A stretch of 64,000 nucleotides of DNA from Promethearchaeota archaeon (GCA_048939015.1 JBHLPW010000003.1:67628-131627), one strand, 5' to 3'; shown: positions 47,629 through 58,176, counted from the stretch's first letter. Made by a program: numbers and translations. Notes: generated by a model not told the origin, from the sequence alone.

Positions 47629-49704
47629 ATGGACATTAATGAACGAATTGCTAATATTGAAATTAATTTTGAATCTCAGAAAAGTTCCTTAGAGTTTTAT
47701 ATTAAGTATGCATTAGAAACTAGTGGACATCAAGATTCAGAGGAATTGGGAAATAAATTTATGGAAGCACATGGAAAGCTCCTCAAGAGCTTTGAAGCTG
47801 AAGATAAGACAGATCTTGCTCGTTATTATAGACATGTCATGATGGTTAAACCAGCGCTAAACACGATTTTAAAACCTGGAGCAGAATATGATTCGTTATG
47901 TGACATTTTACTCGATTCCTTTAATGTTGTTTTAGATAGAATAAGAAGAACTGTAAATGATAATAAAGCTAAGAAAAAAAGAAGCGGGCCTATTTTACCA
48001 GGAAGTAATAAATCATTACAACTTCGATATTTTTGTACTATTTGTAATGAAAGTTTTGAAATTCCACCTGAAATGAGGGAAAAACTTGATAATTCTGATG
48101 AGAAGCTAGAATTACCGAAACATCACGATAAAGAAATGGTTATTAAAATAGTAAGGATTGAAGAAGAAAAAGAGAATGAAGATGATTTCGTAGAAATTAA
48201 GATTCTTCCAGCAGAAGTTTTGATGAGTCATACAGATTCTGTTGAAAGCAATGTAGACTATTTAAGCATTTTAAGTGTAGGTATTGATGTTGGATCCTCA
48301 ACATCTCATCTTATTTTCTCACGACTTACGCTCAAAAGAGAATCCAGCTTTTTTAATATGACAAATAGATATTTCCTTGTAAATCGAGAAATCATATATA
48401 AGGGAAACATAATATTTACACCCTTGCTTGACCGATTCACTATTGATATTGAAACAGTTATTAAATTCTTTCAAGAAGAATATAAGAAGGCAGGAATTAC
48501 TCCTGAGATAGTTGATACAGGTGCGGTAATCGTTACGGGTGAGACGGCTAAAAAGCAAAACGCAGCAGAGATTGTGAGACGGTTGTCCTCTGAATCTGGA
48601 AAATTTGTTAGTGCTTCTGCGGGACCTAATTTTGAATCTCTTTTAGGGGCTATGGGGAGTGGTATTGTTGATCTGTCACGAAAGAAACAAAATACACTCT
48701 TAAATATAGATATAGGTGGGGGCACGAGTAATCTCGCAATATCCTCAAAGGGGGATGTTCTAAGCACTTCATGCATAAATGTGGGTGGAAGATTACTCGG
48801 AATAGATGAAAATTTCAAAATTTGGAGAATTGATGGTCCTACCGAAATTCTCATGGAGGAATTAAACATGAGATATAAGATAGGAGATATAATTCCAGAA
48901 GCGGACGTGAAGATGATAGCAAGAGAATATGCAAAAGCATTAGTTGAGGTAATAAAAGGTCCAGCAATTAGTAAGATTGCAAAGAATCTAATGATGACCG
49001 AAGATTTGGATTTTTCCGTTCCTATTGATGGGATATCCTTCTCTGGTGGAGTTGCAGAAATGATTTACGATAAGAATAAAGGGGAATTTTATAATGACAT
49101 TGGTCTATATCTTGCAGAAGAAATCAAAAGTTTTTTAGATGATTTTAGCATACCATTAATCGAACCTGAGAACAAAATTCGGGCAACTGTTATTGGTGCT
49201 GGGGCTTTTTCTCTTTCAGTCTCGGGATCCACATGTTATTGCGACGAATCAGTAGAGCTCCCTCTGGAAAATGTACCTGTCGTGCCAATAAATATAGACA
49301 GTAAAGATATATACAAAGATGAAAAAAGGAAGGATTTTAAAGATATAATCTCACTCGCCCTAAAAAATTTTAGCTTAATTGAAGGAAAAGATGTATTCGC
49401 ATTATACTTCAAGGATATTCTCCTTGGATCACATATTGTTCCCTTAGCAAAAATCATCGAAACAGCACTTCCTAAATCCATTGTTAATAAAAACTTAATT
49501 CTGGTTATCTTGCGAGGGGATGGAGGTAAAATGCTTGGGTTAACCCTAAAAAACAATACTTCCATTAAAAAAAACCTCGTTTGCTTAGACGAATTGGAAT
49601 TGGAAGCTGGAGACTGGATTGATATTGGTGCACCACTCAAAGATCGTGAAGCTTTTCCAGTTACTATTAAGAGTTTAGTATTCAATACAGACAAAAAAGA
49701 TTGA
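47629..49704 (+). CDS. eutA: EutA-like reactivase (actin-fold ATPase) with about 200-aa N-terminal extension
   Basis: SVGIDVGSSTSHLIFS, TGAVIVTGETA, ASAGPNFES, NIDIGGGTSN, NVGGRL, IRATVIGAG, GDWIDIG, PVTIKSL. Confidence 0.85.
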   Translation: MDINERIANIEINFESQKSSLEFYIKYALETSGHQDSEELGNKFMEAHGKLLKSFEAEDKTDLARYYRHVMMVKPALNTILKPGAEYDSLCDILLDSFNVVLDRIRRTVNDNKAKKKRSGPILPGSNKSLQLRYFCTICNESFEIPPEMREKLDNSDEKLELPKHHDKEMVIKIVRIEEEKENEDDFVEIKILPAEVLMSHTDSVESNVDYLSILSVGIDVGSSTSHLIFSRLTLKRESSFFNMTNRYFLVNREIIYKGNIIFTPLLDRFTIDIETVIKFFQEEYKKAGITPEIVDTGAVIVTGETAKKQNAAEIVRRLSSESGKFVSASAGPNFESLLGAMGSGIVDLSRKKQNTLLNIDIGGGTSNLAISSKGDVLSTSCINVGGRLLGIDENFKIWRIDGPTEILMEELNMRYKIGDIIPEADVKMIAREYAKALVEVIKGPAISKIAKNLMMTEDLDFSVPIDGISFSGGVAEMIYDKNKGEFYNDIGLYLAEEIKSFLDDFSIPLIEPENKIRATVIGAGAFSLSVSGSTCYCDESVELPLENVPVVPINIDSKDIYKDEKRKDFKDIISLALKNFSLIEGKDVFALYFKDILLGSHIVPLAKIIETALPKSIVNKNLILVILRGDGGKMLGLTLKNNTSIKKNLVCLDELELEAGDWIDIGAPLKDREAFPVTIKSLVFNTDKKD

Positions 49705-49717
49705 ATGAATGGAAAAT

Positions 49718-49750
49718 TAAATTCAGAGTCTAATTTCAATAAAAATTTCC
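49718..49750 (+). repeat. Short dispersed repeat, copy 1
   Basis: TAAATTCAGAGTCTAATTTCAATAAAAATTTCC; related copies at 51508 and 56943. Confidence 0.5.
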
Positions 49751-49919
49751 CTAGAAGTATTTTTTAAGAAAATAAGGTTTTATCTTATACATTGATCTTA
49801 AAACCTAAATTTGTTTCTGAAGTTATTTTTCCATTTTGGTTCGTTGACAAACCAAATCTATCATAGAATTTTTATAGAAATTGGTTTTTATTAGAATATC
49901 ATATAATTTAATTTTACAT

Positions 49920-49990
49920 GTAATGTGTTCTGGTAGATTACTGAATTTACTGAACAAGTTAAAGAATTAGGTCCATTACAGGTAATATAA
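49920..49990 (+). pseudogene. mvhD: Internally deleted mvhD remnant
   Basis: GTAATGTGTTCTGGT (VMCSG, identical to 46806-46820) joined out of frame to ITEFTEQVKELGPLQVI*, cf. ITEFTNQIKKLGPLQSI* at 47040-47093. Confidence 0.8.
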
Positions 49991-50138
49991 TAATTAATAA
50001 ATATCGGAAAAAACCAATTAGATTTATAGCCTTTAAATTAATATTTCCACAAATAAATTGAAATTCTCAACTAATTAATTGAAAAAAAACCAATTTAGCC
50101 TGAGCATCTCTAAGTGCTTCTAAACCTTATCAAGGGAC

Positions 50139-51473
50139 TTATATCCATTCAACTAGGGATGAACATCCTAGTCCTTTTTTGTCTTCAATTCTGCCTTGAA
50201 CCATAAAAGAATCACCTTCATAACCACATTCAGGACACTTATTCTTTGATATTAATTCTACGAGATCATCTACTAGAATCGCATGATTTACAGAAGCAGC
50301 TACTCCAAACGGGGTAAAAACCTGCAAAAAACCTTTATCACCCACATTTCTTAGAGGATCCAAAGTAGCTATATCTCGAATTAAAATCCTTGCTTGAGGT
50401 GGACAGTGAAATATAAAATCTTGATGCTTGTTTGACCAATGACTACCAAAAACTATTGGTGTTTCAGTAAAACCGTACATATCGGTAATATTTTCAACTT
50501 TAGTACCAAAAAATTCGACGCAATCTGCAACAAATTGTGATTTTTCAATGGGAGGATATTTTAGTTGGGATTTATGTCCATTCCATCCACCACCACCTGT
50601 AGTTATATAACTATTGGGCAAATCAAATCTTATATTTTCTTCTTTCAAATACTGATTCACAAACGTGTTTAATAATTGGAGACTTCCCCCAATTGAAATA
50701 TTTTTTTGTTTTTCGACGGGTTTATTTGAATTCTTGTTGATTGTCTTTATTACATGTTTAGCATTAATTCCAAAAGCGCCTACTAAACCATGTCTCTTGA
50801 TAATCTCTTTAAATGCTTTGAAGATGAAGAATTTAATCAAATATTTTGGTTTTGTTATTTTAGTTGTAATTTCGTTTAATGTGCTAGTATATAAATTAAT
50901 TGGTCTCAAATCAGTATACCTCATCGCAATTCGATTTAAAAATTTAATATTAGGAGCAAAATTCATTGAAATAGTTCCGTATTGATTATGTTCCTCCATT
51001 GGGATAGGAATAAAATCATAAATACATTTAATGGTCATGCTGGCTAAAAACTCTAGATCGTCTAAAGATCTCCCTACTAAAGATGGATCCCCAGTCGTAC
51101 AAGAAGAGACATTCCATGTCTTGAATTCAGGGGATTCTAAGGGAATTTTTAATAACTTTTTAAACATACCCGCTGATTCTTTGAAAGTAGGTGCAGTTAT
51201 AAAAGGTATAAGCGCTAAATCATCCATTTTATTAACATCTTCGATATTAAATTTTTGTTTGATGACTGATTTTTTATAAAAAGGATTAGATTTAATAGAT
51301 TTAGTCGTGATATCTTTCATTAGACTTATGAATTCTTTATCTTTATAAGCTGAATTAACAATAAACCGTGTTTTCTCATTCCGTATAACTTCTTTTGATA
51401 TTGTTATTAGAATAGCCTCTTTTGGAATAATGATTATTAAAAATTGATATATAGAAATAAAATTTGGAACCAT
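50139..51473 (-). CDS. LuxE-like acyl-protein synthetase
   Basis: IPFI...FKE, SSCTTGDPS, TGGGGW, DMYGFTE, GRIE...GCS. Confidence 0.75.
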   Translation of the reverse strand: MVPNFISIYQFLIIIIPKEAILITISKEVIRNEKTRFIVNSAYKDKEFISLMKDITTKSIKSNPFYKKSVIKQKFNIEDVNKMDDLALIPFITAPTFKESAGMFKKLLKIPLESPEFKTWNVSSCTTGDPSLVGRSLDDLEFLASMTIKCIYDFIPIPMEEHNQYGTISMNFAPNIKFLNRIAMRYTDLRPINLYTSTLNEITTKITKPKYLIKFFIFKAFKEIIKRHGLVGAFGINAKHVIKTINKNSNKPVEKQKNISIGGSLQLLNTFVNQYLKEENIRFDLPNSYITTGGGGWNGHKSQLKYPPIEKSQFVADCVEFFGTKVENITDMYGFTETPIVFGSHWSNKHQDFIFHCPPQARILIRDIATLDPLRNVGDKGFLQVFTPFGVAASVNHAILVDDLVELISKNKCPECGYEGDSFMVQGRIEDKKGLGCSSLVEWI

Positions 51474-51507
51474 TTATAAATATAAGGAAGGCTAACATTT
51501 CTTGAAA

Positions 51508-51531
51508 GGTAAATTCAAAGTCTGTTTTCAA
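51508..51531 (+). repeat. Short dispersed repeat, copy 2
   Basis: GGTAAATTCAAAGTCTGTTTTCAA. Confidence 0.4.
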
Positions 51532-53304
51532 TTATTCTCCATGTTTTCTATAATTAATAGAAAATTCAATGGAGGAAACAATAATTAAAGATATAGATAA
51601 GTTCAACAGGAATAATATATACATATGATCCAAGATTCCCGTTAAAAGAAGTGGTAAAAACCAAACTGCCCATGTTAAAATGAGAAAAACACTTACTTTT
51701 ATCAGATATACCATTGATCTTTCTTTGCGATCATTTTGATTTTTAATAACCTTCTTTTGGACTAATGGAACGAGAATCAATAGCATAACTACTATTAAAG
51801 GATACATTATTATGAACATCAGCCAATCTATTTTGGAAATGAAGTTGAATAATTCTAGAATGAGAAATATGCCACCTATTATTATTGGAATACTAAAGTT
51901 AACTATAAGTCTCCATTTATTGTCTCTTCCAAGAGTTATACCCCTTTTTACTAATAAAACTAACTCTCCTTTATTGCTAAATGAAAATAAAAGAAATGCA
52001 GTTAGAAAAATGCCAAGTATACCAATTAATAGGAAGAAATTATGAAAAGCATAAAAGGGTAGGAGAGGTAATTGCAAAATAGGAATATCATCAAAAAACG
52101 GCCACCATTCTCCAGAATGATTCCAATAGATCATCGAGAAGCTTAAAAAAGACCAAACAGTACCCAAGGAAAGAATTATTTGCTTACGTAGTCCATTAGA
52201 CGAAATTGTATCCGTTTTAAGCTTGCCTTCTTGCTTAGATTTACTGATTTTATGGAATAATCTCTTAATAATTAGAATTATAATATATATACTAATGATT
52301 ATGTCAATTATAATTGTAACAAACAAAAGTGCAATATCAGTTGGAAAAAACCGAATTAAAATCGAATAATCTTGATATTCATTTAATGCGTGATTTATAA
52401 GATCTTGTGAAAACAAATCAGAAATCCGATACGAATGCCAACCTTTTGCTAATTCTTCTTCAAGATTTAATACTACAACTTCTCCATATTGATGAAAATA
52501 ATAGAGGTAAATAATACCGTTTTCAACATCAAAAATATTCGAATATAAGGTATTTACAAGTGGTCCTTCAAAATGAGCTGCATCTAAAACATTTGTGATA
52601 TCTTCTAGTGAGATAGGATTACTTGTGTTAATATCATTAAGTTTTTGTTCCGCAGCATTATATCGTCTAATTGCATCTGAACTGGGATTACCTCGTGAAG
52701 TATCATTAAAGTAATAATTAGAAGCTATTTGAAACGTCTCATTATTACGAAAAAAATCAAATTCACCATCTATGCCTATGTTAAAAACAACAGATTCCCC
52801 TGATTTATCGAGATACATTGATTGAATGCTCCCTTCTTGTTGATAAACTCCATGTGCTGCTTTATAATCAATAACATCTGCAATTGTTTCACAACTGAAT
52901 AAATCTGGGACTAAATTCTGGGGTCTCTCGCTATGAAGATTTGGTGAAGTATAAGGAACGGAGGTTGAATCAGACGCTAAACCCTTTTCATTCATTCCTC
53001 CTTGAAACCAACTCAACCCACTTACATTACTATAGCCAACTATAGCAGCTCCATACATTATTGTTGAGCCATCATACCATAATGAACCGTTCGGTACAAA
53101 TGTTATAACTGTATTAGAAATCTGGGGAATAGCATGATCTTCATTATTACCAAAATAAACCCCATAATCATTTCTTATTTTGAAATTTAGACATGAAGTA
53201 TCAGTAGTTGTAATTGATCGACGGTTTAATGAATTTAATAAAAAAATAATAATGAAAACAAAAAAAAATATCATATATCTCTTTTTCATATGAATTTTCA
53301 CCAT
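51532..53304 (-). CDS. Ntn-hydrolase (choloylglycine hydrolase / C45-like) fused to multi-TM domain
   Basis: Signal/TM, then S-CLNF...FGNNED, GMNEKGL, SNY, RRY, TLYSNIFD; about 7 C-terminal TM. Confidence 0.75.
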   Translation of the reverse strand: MVKIHMKKRYMIFFFVFIIIFLLNSLNRRSITTTDTSCLNFKIRNDYGVYFGNNEDHAIPQISNTVITFVPNGSLWYDGSTIMYGAAIVGYSNVSGLSWFQGGMNEKGLASDSTSVPYTSPNLHSERPQNLVPDLFSCETIADVIDYKAAHGVYQQEGSIQSMYLDKSGESVVFNIGIDGEFDFFRNNETFQIASNYYFNDTSRGNPSSDAIRRYNAAEQKLNDINTSNPISLEDITNVLDAAHFEGPLVNTLYSNIFDVENGIIYLYYFHQYGEVVVLNLEEELAKGWHSYRISDLFSQDLINHALNEYQDYSILIRFFPTDIALLFVTIIIDIIISIYIIILIIKRLFHKISKSKQEGKLKTDTISSNGLRKQIILSLGTVWSFLSFSMIYWNHSGEWWPFFDDIPILQLPLLPFYAFHNFFLLIGILGIFLTAFLLFSFSNKGELVLLVKRGITLGRDNKWRLIVNFSIPIIIGGIFLILELFNFISKIDWLMFIIMYPLIVVMLLILVPLVQKKVIKNQNDRKERSMVYLIKVSVFLILTWAVWFLPLLLTGILDHMYILFLLNLSISLIIVSSIEFSINYRKHGE

Positions 53305-53519
53305 GTAGATGTAAAAAAATAGTCTATTTCGAACTTACAATATCGAACTGTGTTATATTTCCATCTACAGATTTTTCATTAATTAAAAAAATAGTTAAAA
53401 TATATTTAACAGATTTGTAGACCAGTTTTTTAGCGATATTTTCACATTATCATTAAATATATTTCAATGAAAATACCTTTGAAAAAAATAATCAAAATTT
53501 ATGAATTGAATAAAAATAC

Positions 53520-54908
53520 TCAAGAATTCGAGGATTTTTTTACTTTTTTACTAAGAATGATTACTAAAGTGAATAGAATGCCTAGGAGAAGAAATAAATT
53601 GTAACTAGGAATGGAGGTTATGCGATCATGACATTCATTATTTTCAAATATATTATTTTCAGAATATACTTCATAAAAGCATTTTTCATTTCCAATAAGC
53701 GAATTTCCAGTAATATTATTACTTCTGCAATTCATAAAGTAGATTCCATATTTTTTATTGTGATTTATTTCATTTCCAGAGATGATGCTATTTTCCAAAC
53801 TATAGCAAAAAAATCCATTATTATTATAACTTACATTGTTCTCTAAGAAGATGTTATAACTGTTTAATTCTAAAAAAAAGCCGTTATAGTTGTTATAAGA
53901 TACAGAATTTTCCGATATGTTGTTATTATCTCCACCAAATATATAGATACCATCTCGCTGGTTGTTATTCATAGTGTTTCCAATGATAAAGTTATCATGG
54001 CAATTAATTAATGAAATTCCAGTATCAGTATAAGAAAGATTTAAATTTGAAATCAATGAATTGCTACAAGAAGCCAGTATTACTTGCCCTGCATTTGTAA
54101 AATTGGTTGGACCTAAATTAATTTCATTGGTGTAGTAATATAATGGTTTTCCATTGACTAAATTGGTGGTGTCAATATATTGTGAATAAAAATTTACAGT
54201 ATCTGAATATATTCGTAAACCACATTTATTCATTAAATTTTCCGAAATATTATTGTAAAGCCCATCTAAATTTATCCCGCTATTGACAATATTTTTTAAA
54301 ATTAAATTATCATCACTGTCAGATAATAATATTCCATAATCACAGTTATTCTTTTCAGTGTTTTCCAATATATTATTCCTGTCACTGTAGAATAAATGTA
54401 TACCCCAATATTCATTGTTATTTACGATGTTACCAGAAACAGTATTATTAGTACTATGACTTAAGGATATCCCATAAAATTTGTTTGAGGAACAATTATT
54501 ATTTAATATCCGGGCATTTTTGGTGTACACTAATCTGATTCCGCAATACGAATTAAAAACACTACAATTCTCAATCTCAAAAAATACTTCAGAATTTTCA
54601 ATAAGAATGCAACTCACAGAACCGTCTCCATTTATTATCAAATCTCTAATGATATATGGATCAGAATATGTGCCACTGCCCACACAGATTCCTGCAACCT
54701 TCGCAGCAGACCAATTATTGTCAATATGGATTTTTTCCGAGATTACTGAGATTTTAAAATAATCTTGATTGAATTGATCGTTATAATTAGAAGTTATATC
54801 ACGATCTTGTGCAGTAACCCATTGATTATTGAAGAAAATTGGTAAAAAGGCAGCTGAGATCCCTAAAACTATTAGAATATGTGTAATTGTTTCTTTTTTT
54901 AATTTCAT
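53520..54908 (-). CDS. Secreted parallel beta-helix (NosD/CASH) protein with Loki-CTERM-like anchor
   Basis: GSGTYSDPYII, NN..GI.L..S.NN repeats, NLVNGKPLYY; tail IPSYNLFLLLGILFTLVIILSKKVKK. Confidence 0.85.
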   Translation of the reverse strand: MKLKKETITHILIVLGISAAFLPIFFNNQWVTAQDRDITSNYNDQFNQDYFKISVISEKIHIDNNWSAAKVAGICVGSGTYSDPYIIRDLIINGDGSVSCILIENSEVFFEIENCSVFNSYCGIRLVYTKNARILNNNCSSNKFYGISLSHSTNNTVSGNIVNNNEYWGIHLFYSDRNNILENTEKNNCDYGILLSDSDDNLILKNIVNSGINLDGLYNNISENLMNKCGLRIYSDTVNFYSQYIDTTNLVNGKPLYYYTNEINLGPTNFTNAGQVILASCSNSLISNLNLSYTDTGISLINCHDNFIIGNTMNNNQRDGIYIFGGDNNNISENSVSYNNYNGFFLELNSYNIFLENNVSYNNNGFFCYSLENSIISGNEINHNKKYGIYFMNCRSNNITGNSLIGNEKCFYEVYSENNIFENNECHDRITSIPSYNLFLLLGILFTLVIILSKKVKKSSNS

Positions 54909-55130
54909 TTTGATTTCATCCAAATCTTATATATGATTAAGAAAATCGAATATTTAAAGGTCGTTTTTTAGTATTCCGAATTTATTTTTTTTGATTTAGT
55001 TATTCTTAACTTTCTTTTAATTTCCTTTTGAATTGAAATGGAAAAGTAAATTCTAAATTTGATTTTAAAGTATATATATAGAAACATCTAATAATTTCAT
55101 AATTATTTTACAAAATAGAGAGGATTAGAT

Positions 55131-55604
55131 ATGGAAAATAATCTTGAATTAGATTTTGGAAATCTAAAGATTCAACACATAAATTACATATATGAAGAAC
55201 CGGAGAAACATGCAAAGATGATGGAATCGATTTTTAACATGCCAAAGTTTCACTTTTCTGAAGATTTAGATCATCCTGCTATATATCGGGGCAGGGAAAC
55301 GAAATTCTCGATAAAAATGGGTGTCAGTAGATGCTTCTCTACGACAATTGAAATTTTTCAATGGCTCAAAGGTGACTCTGTATATAAAGAATTTGTGGAT
55401 TCTCAAAAAGAAGGACTCCACCATTTTGGAGTGTTTGTTGAAGATTTAGAAAAATATGTTGATAATTTTCAAAAACAAGGAATAGATGTGGTACAATCTG
55501 GCATGTTTCCACCAAGAATGAAATATGTTTATATGGATACTGTAGAAATATTTGGAGCTGTAATAGAATTAATAGAAATAATGAAAAGAAAGAGAAAGTC
55601 ATAA
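55131..55604 (+). CDS. VOC family (methylmalonyl-CoA epimerase-like) protein
   Basis: IQHI, IEIFQ, EGLHHFG, YMDT...VIELIE. Confidence 0.85.
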   Translation: MENNLELDFGNLKIQHINYIYEEPEKHAKMMESIFNMPKFHFSEDLDHPAIYRGRETKFSIKMGVSRCFSTTIEIFQWLKGDSVYKEFVDSQKEGLHHFGVFVEDLEKYVDNFQKQGIDVVQSGMFPPRMKYVYMDTVEIFGAVIELIEIMKRKRKS

Positions 55605-55644
55605 AAGATACGAAATGTATTATAAAATCTTAAGTGTTTAAAAT

Positions 55645-56877
55645 ATGTGTGAGATCAAAAACATAAAAACGATAGTTATTATTGGGGCAGGAGTACAAGG
55701 ACATGCTATTTGTCAAATCGCTTTAATGGCTGGTTTTAAAAATGTAGTTCTGAATGACATTAATATGGATATCCTAAATAAAGCAGTAGATTTAATGAAG
55801 AATGGAATGAGATTAATGGATTCTAAATCTGGAACCAAAAATAATGGTTTAAAGGCGCTTGAAGAAAGAGGCCAACTATCAGAGGGTCAAACTTGCGAGT
55901 CATTATTAAAAAAATTAACTCTCGAAACTGACCTGGAAAAAGCGGTGAGGAATTCCGATTACATAATAGAAGCGGTTCCAGAAATCATGGAAATAAAACA
56001 AGAAGTTTATAAAAAATTGGGAACACTAACACCGAATCATTCAGTTTTAGCATCAAATACATCCACAATGAGTATTTCAAAAATTGGGGAGGCTTCTGGA
56101 AAACCAAAAAATGTAATAGGAATGCATTTCTTCTCTCCAATTAGAAGTAGATTGATTGAGATTACAAAAGGAGAAAAAACATCGAATGAAGCGATGGACA
56201 TTGGTGAAACTGTAGCATATAAACTTCCTTGCATCGGAGGTAAGCGGATGGTGGCACGGCTTGAAAAAGAAACACCAGGGTTTATTGCAAATCGAATTAA
56301 TATAGTTGGCACACTCTATTTAAAATGGCTTCTTGAGCAAGCAGTAGAAAAGAATATTCCCTACGAAGAAATAGACGCCGATGTAATTCACGTAATGAAT
56401 CCAGGTCCTTTTGTATTAATGGATTCAATGGGAATAGACACAGTATATGGTGCGATAAAGTATTTTGAAGAAACGGTCTCTAAAGATTTTTCTCCTGGTA
56501 AAATATTCACTGATTTAATTGAATCGGGTAATTTAGGCGTAAAAACGGGAAAAGGATTTTACGATTGGAGTTCTGGTGAGGGTCCAAAAATAGATCCGTC
56601 TAAAAAGGCGGGATTAGCTAGCGCTGAAATATTGTTAGCTTTACAATTAAATGAAGGCTGCAGGTTAATTGAACAAGGAATAGTAAACGGATATAAAATT
56701 ATTGATGATGTAAATCTGGCAGGTTATGGAAATCCTGGTCCATTTATTGCAGGAGGAAAAAAAAATTATGAAAGATGGTCTAAATTACTAGAAGATTTTG
56801 CAGAAAAGTCGGGATATGCTTATGCTAAACCATGTGAATTAATGAAAACAGGAGCATTTATGAAAATGCGAAAATAA
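55645..56877 (+). CDS. 3-hydroxyacyl-CoA dehydrogenase
   Basis: GAGVQG, IIEAVPE, ASNTS, GMHFF, PGFIANRI, GPF, LGVKTGKGFY. Confidence 0.92.
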   Translation: MCEIKNIKTIVIIGAGVQGHAICQIALMAGFKNVVLNDINMDILNKAVDLMKNGMRLMDSKSGTKNNGLKALEERGQLSEGQTCESLLKKLTLETDLEKAVRNSDYIIEAVPEIMEIKQEVYKKLGTLTPNHSVLASNTSTMSISKIGEASGKPKNVIGMHFFSPIRSRLIEITKGEKTSNEAMDIGETVAYKLPCIGGKRMVARLEKETPGFIANRINIVGTLYLKWLLEQAVEKNIPYEEIDADVIHVMNPGPFVLMDSMGIDTVYGAIKYFEETVSKDFSPGKIFTDLIESGNLGVKTGKGFYDWSSGEGPKIDPSKKAGLASAEILLALQLNEGCRLIEQGIVNGYKIIDDVNLAGYGNPGPFIAGGKKNYERWSKLLEDFAEKSGYAYAKPCELMKTGAFMKMRK

Positions 56878-56942
56878 TCCAAGCAACATTTCTAAATACC
56901 TTATAATTTTTATCACAATTGTCCGTGAAATTTTGATAGAAC

Positions 56943-56976
56943 GGTAAATTCAGATTCTAATTTCAACGAAAATTCC
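56943..56976 (+). repeat. Short dispersed repeat, copy 3
   Basis: GGTAAATTCAGATTCTAATTTCAACGAAAATTCC. Confidence 0.5.
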
Positions 56977-57036
56977 AAAAAAAAAAATAAATGATAGTTA
57001 TAAATATTAAAGAACTATTACTCCCGTACTTGAAAT

Positions 57037-57606
57037 TTAATAATCTCCAACGTATTCAATCCCTAACTGGTTAAAATCATTATTTGGTGCAACATCGCTG
57101 GTCATAAGTAAAGAATTAACATAGAAATCATAATAATTTGAACCATCACTGTAAATATAGAATTGTCCTTCCATAGTAAGAAAGTCACTATCATTACTCG
57201 TAGCATTATATGAATTGGCAAATGCCACTGCAGTCGAACCTTCTTTCAAAGCTCTAAAATAAACATCTGTTGTTCCAGAAATATCAATCAACGTGAGTAA
57301 CAGATTAACTCGATACCATCCCGTCTTAATTAAATGAAATCGAGTATCACTTCGATTTAAGAAAAAATAGTCACTATTATTAACTTCTATGCCATCCACT
57401 GAAATAAGATATTGTTGATCTGTATTATAAGGGGCATAATCCTTATTTTGATATAACCGATCCCATATTCCAACGACAATGCAAGTTGTTTCTGGAGATC
57501 CTAGATTCACTGGCATACGCATAAAACAAAAAATACCCAAGCCTAATCCTGATACTCCAATAATAAAGCTTAATACTGCAAATGTTGCTAAACCTTTATT
57601 CCCCAA
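57037..57606 (-). CDS. Membrane-anchored extracellular protein (possible jelly-roll / C1q-like domain)
   Basis: N-terminal TM ...GVSGLGLGIF; F.L.KTGWYRV beta pattern; TTG start after AGGAG. Confidence 0.65.
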   Translation of the reverse strand: MGNKGLATFAVLSFIIGVSGLGLGIFCFMRMPVNLGSPETTCIVVGIWDRLYQNKDYAPYNTDQQYLISVDGIEVNNSDYFFLNRSDTRFHLIKTGWYRVNLLLTLIDISGTTDVYFRALKEGSTAVAFANSYNATSNDSDFLTMEGQFYIYSDGSNYYDFYVNSLLMTSDVAPNNDFNQLGIEYVGDY

Positions 57607-57862
57607 AATTTCACACTCCTAAGTTTTTATATCTAATTAATACTAATTTTTTATAAGATAATTACGCTATAAGAACCTACATTAAATTTGTTAAATTTAA
57701 ATATTTCTATCGAAATTAATTACAATAAGTTCAAGAAAATCATTGAATGCTGAAATTAAAGATCGAAGAAATTTCATAGTATTTTCATTCATGGGCTAGT
57801 CTTCTTAAAATATATTGAGGAAATGTTCATAATTGCAGTAAATATGAATTCTCTTAAGTTAA

Positions 57863-58063
57863 ATGAATTTGGTATTAGAAAAAAAGGATAATTTAAACCT
57901 TTTTAATCTACTTAAAGATAACATGGCTTCAGTTAAAGAATTCTTTATTAAGACATTTGGGTGGGATTATATAGCAACAAATATGGATGGAGGTCATCAT
58001 TTTGCTACAAATGTCCTCATTGATGAATATGTGGTCTGTCAACTTTCAGATAATCCTTATTAA
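57863..58063 (+). CDS. Short ORF, possible VOC/glyoxalase fragment
   Basis: VKEFFIKTFGWDY resembles a glyoxalase N-terminus but the ORF is truncated. Confidence 0.3.
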   Translation: MNLVLEKKDNLNLFNLLKDNMASVKEFFIKTFGWDYIATNMDGGHHFATNVLIDEYVVCQLSDNPY

Positions 58064-58176
58064 AAATATTAAAATTGTTTAATCATTAGATACACTGAGC
58101 AGCCAAAATCTAAAAAAAAAATCAATTTTATATTCTGAAATGAATAAATAGGAATTATCGAAGGTGAGTTATTCTC

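Noticed and set aside
53304-53369. Inverted repeat TGTAGATG...CATCTACA
   Set aside because: Single occurrence, only 8 perfect pairs in AT-rich DNA
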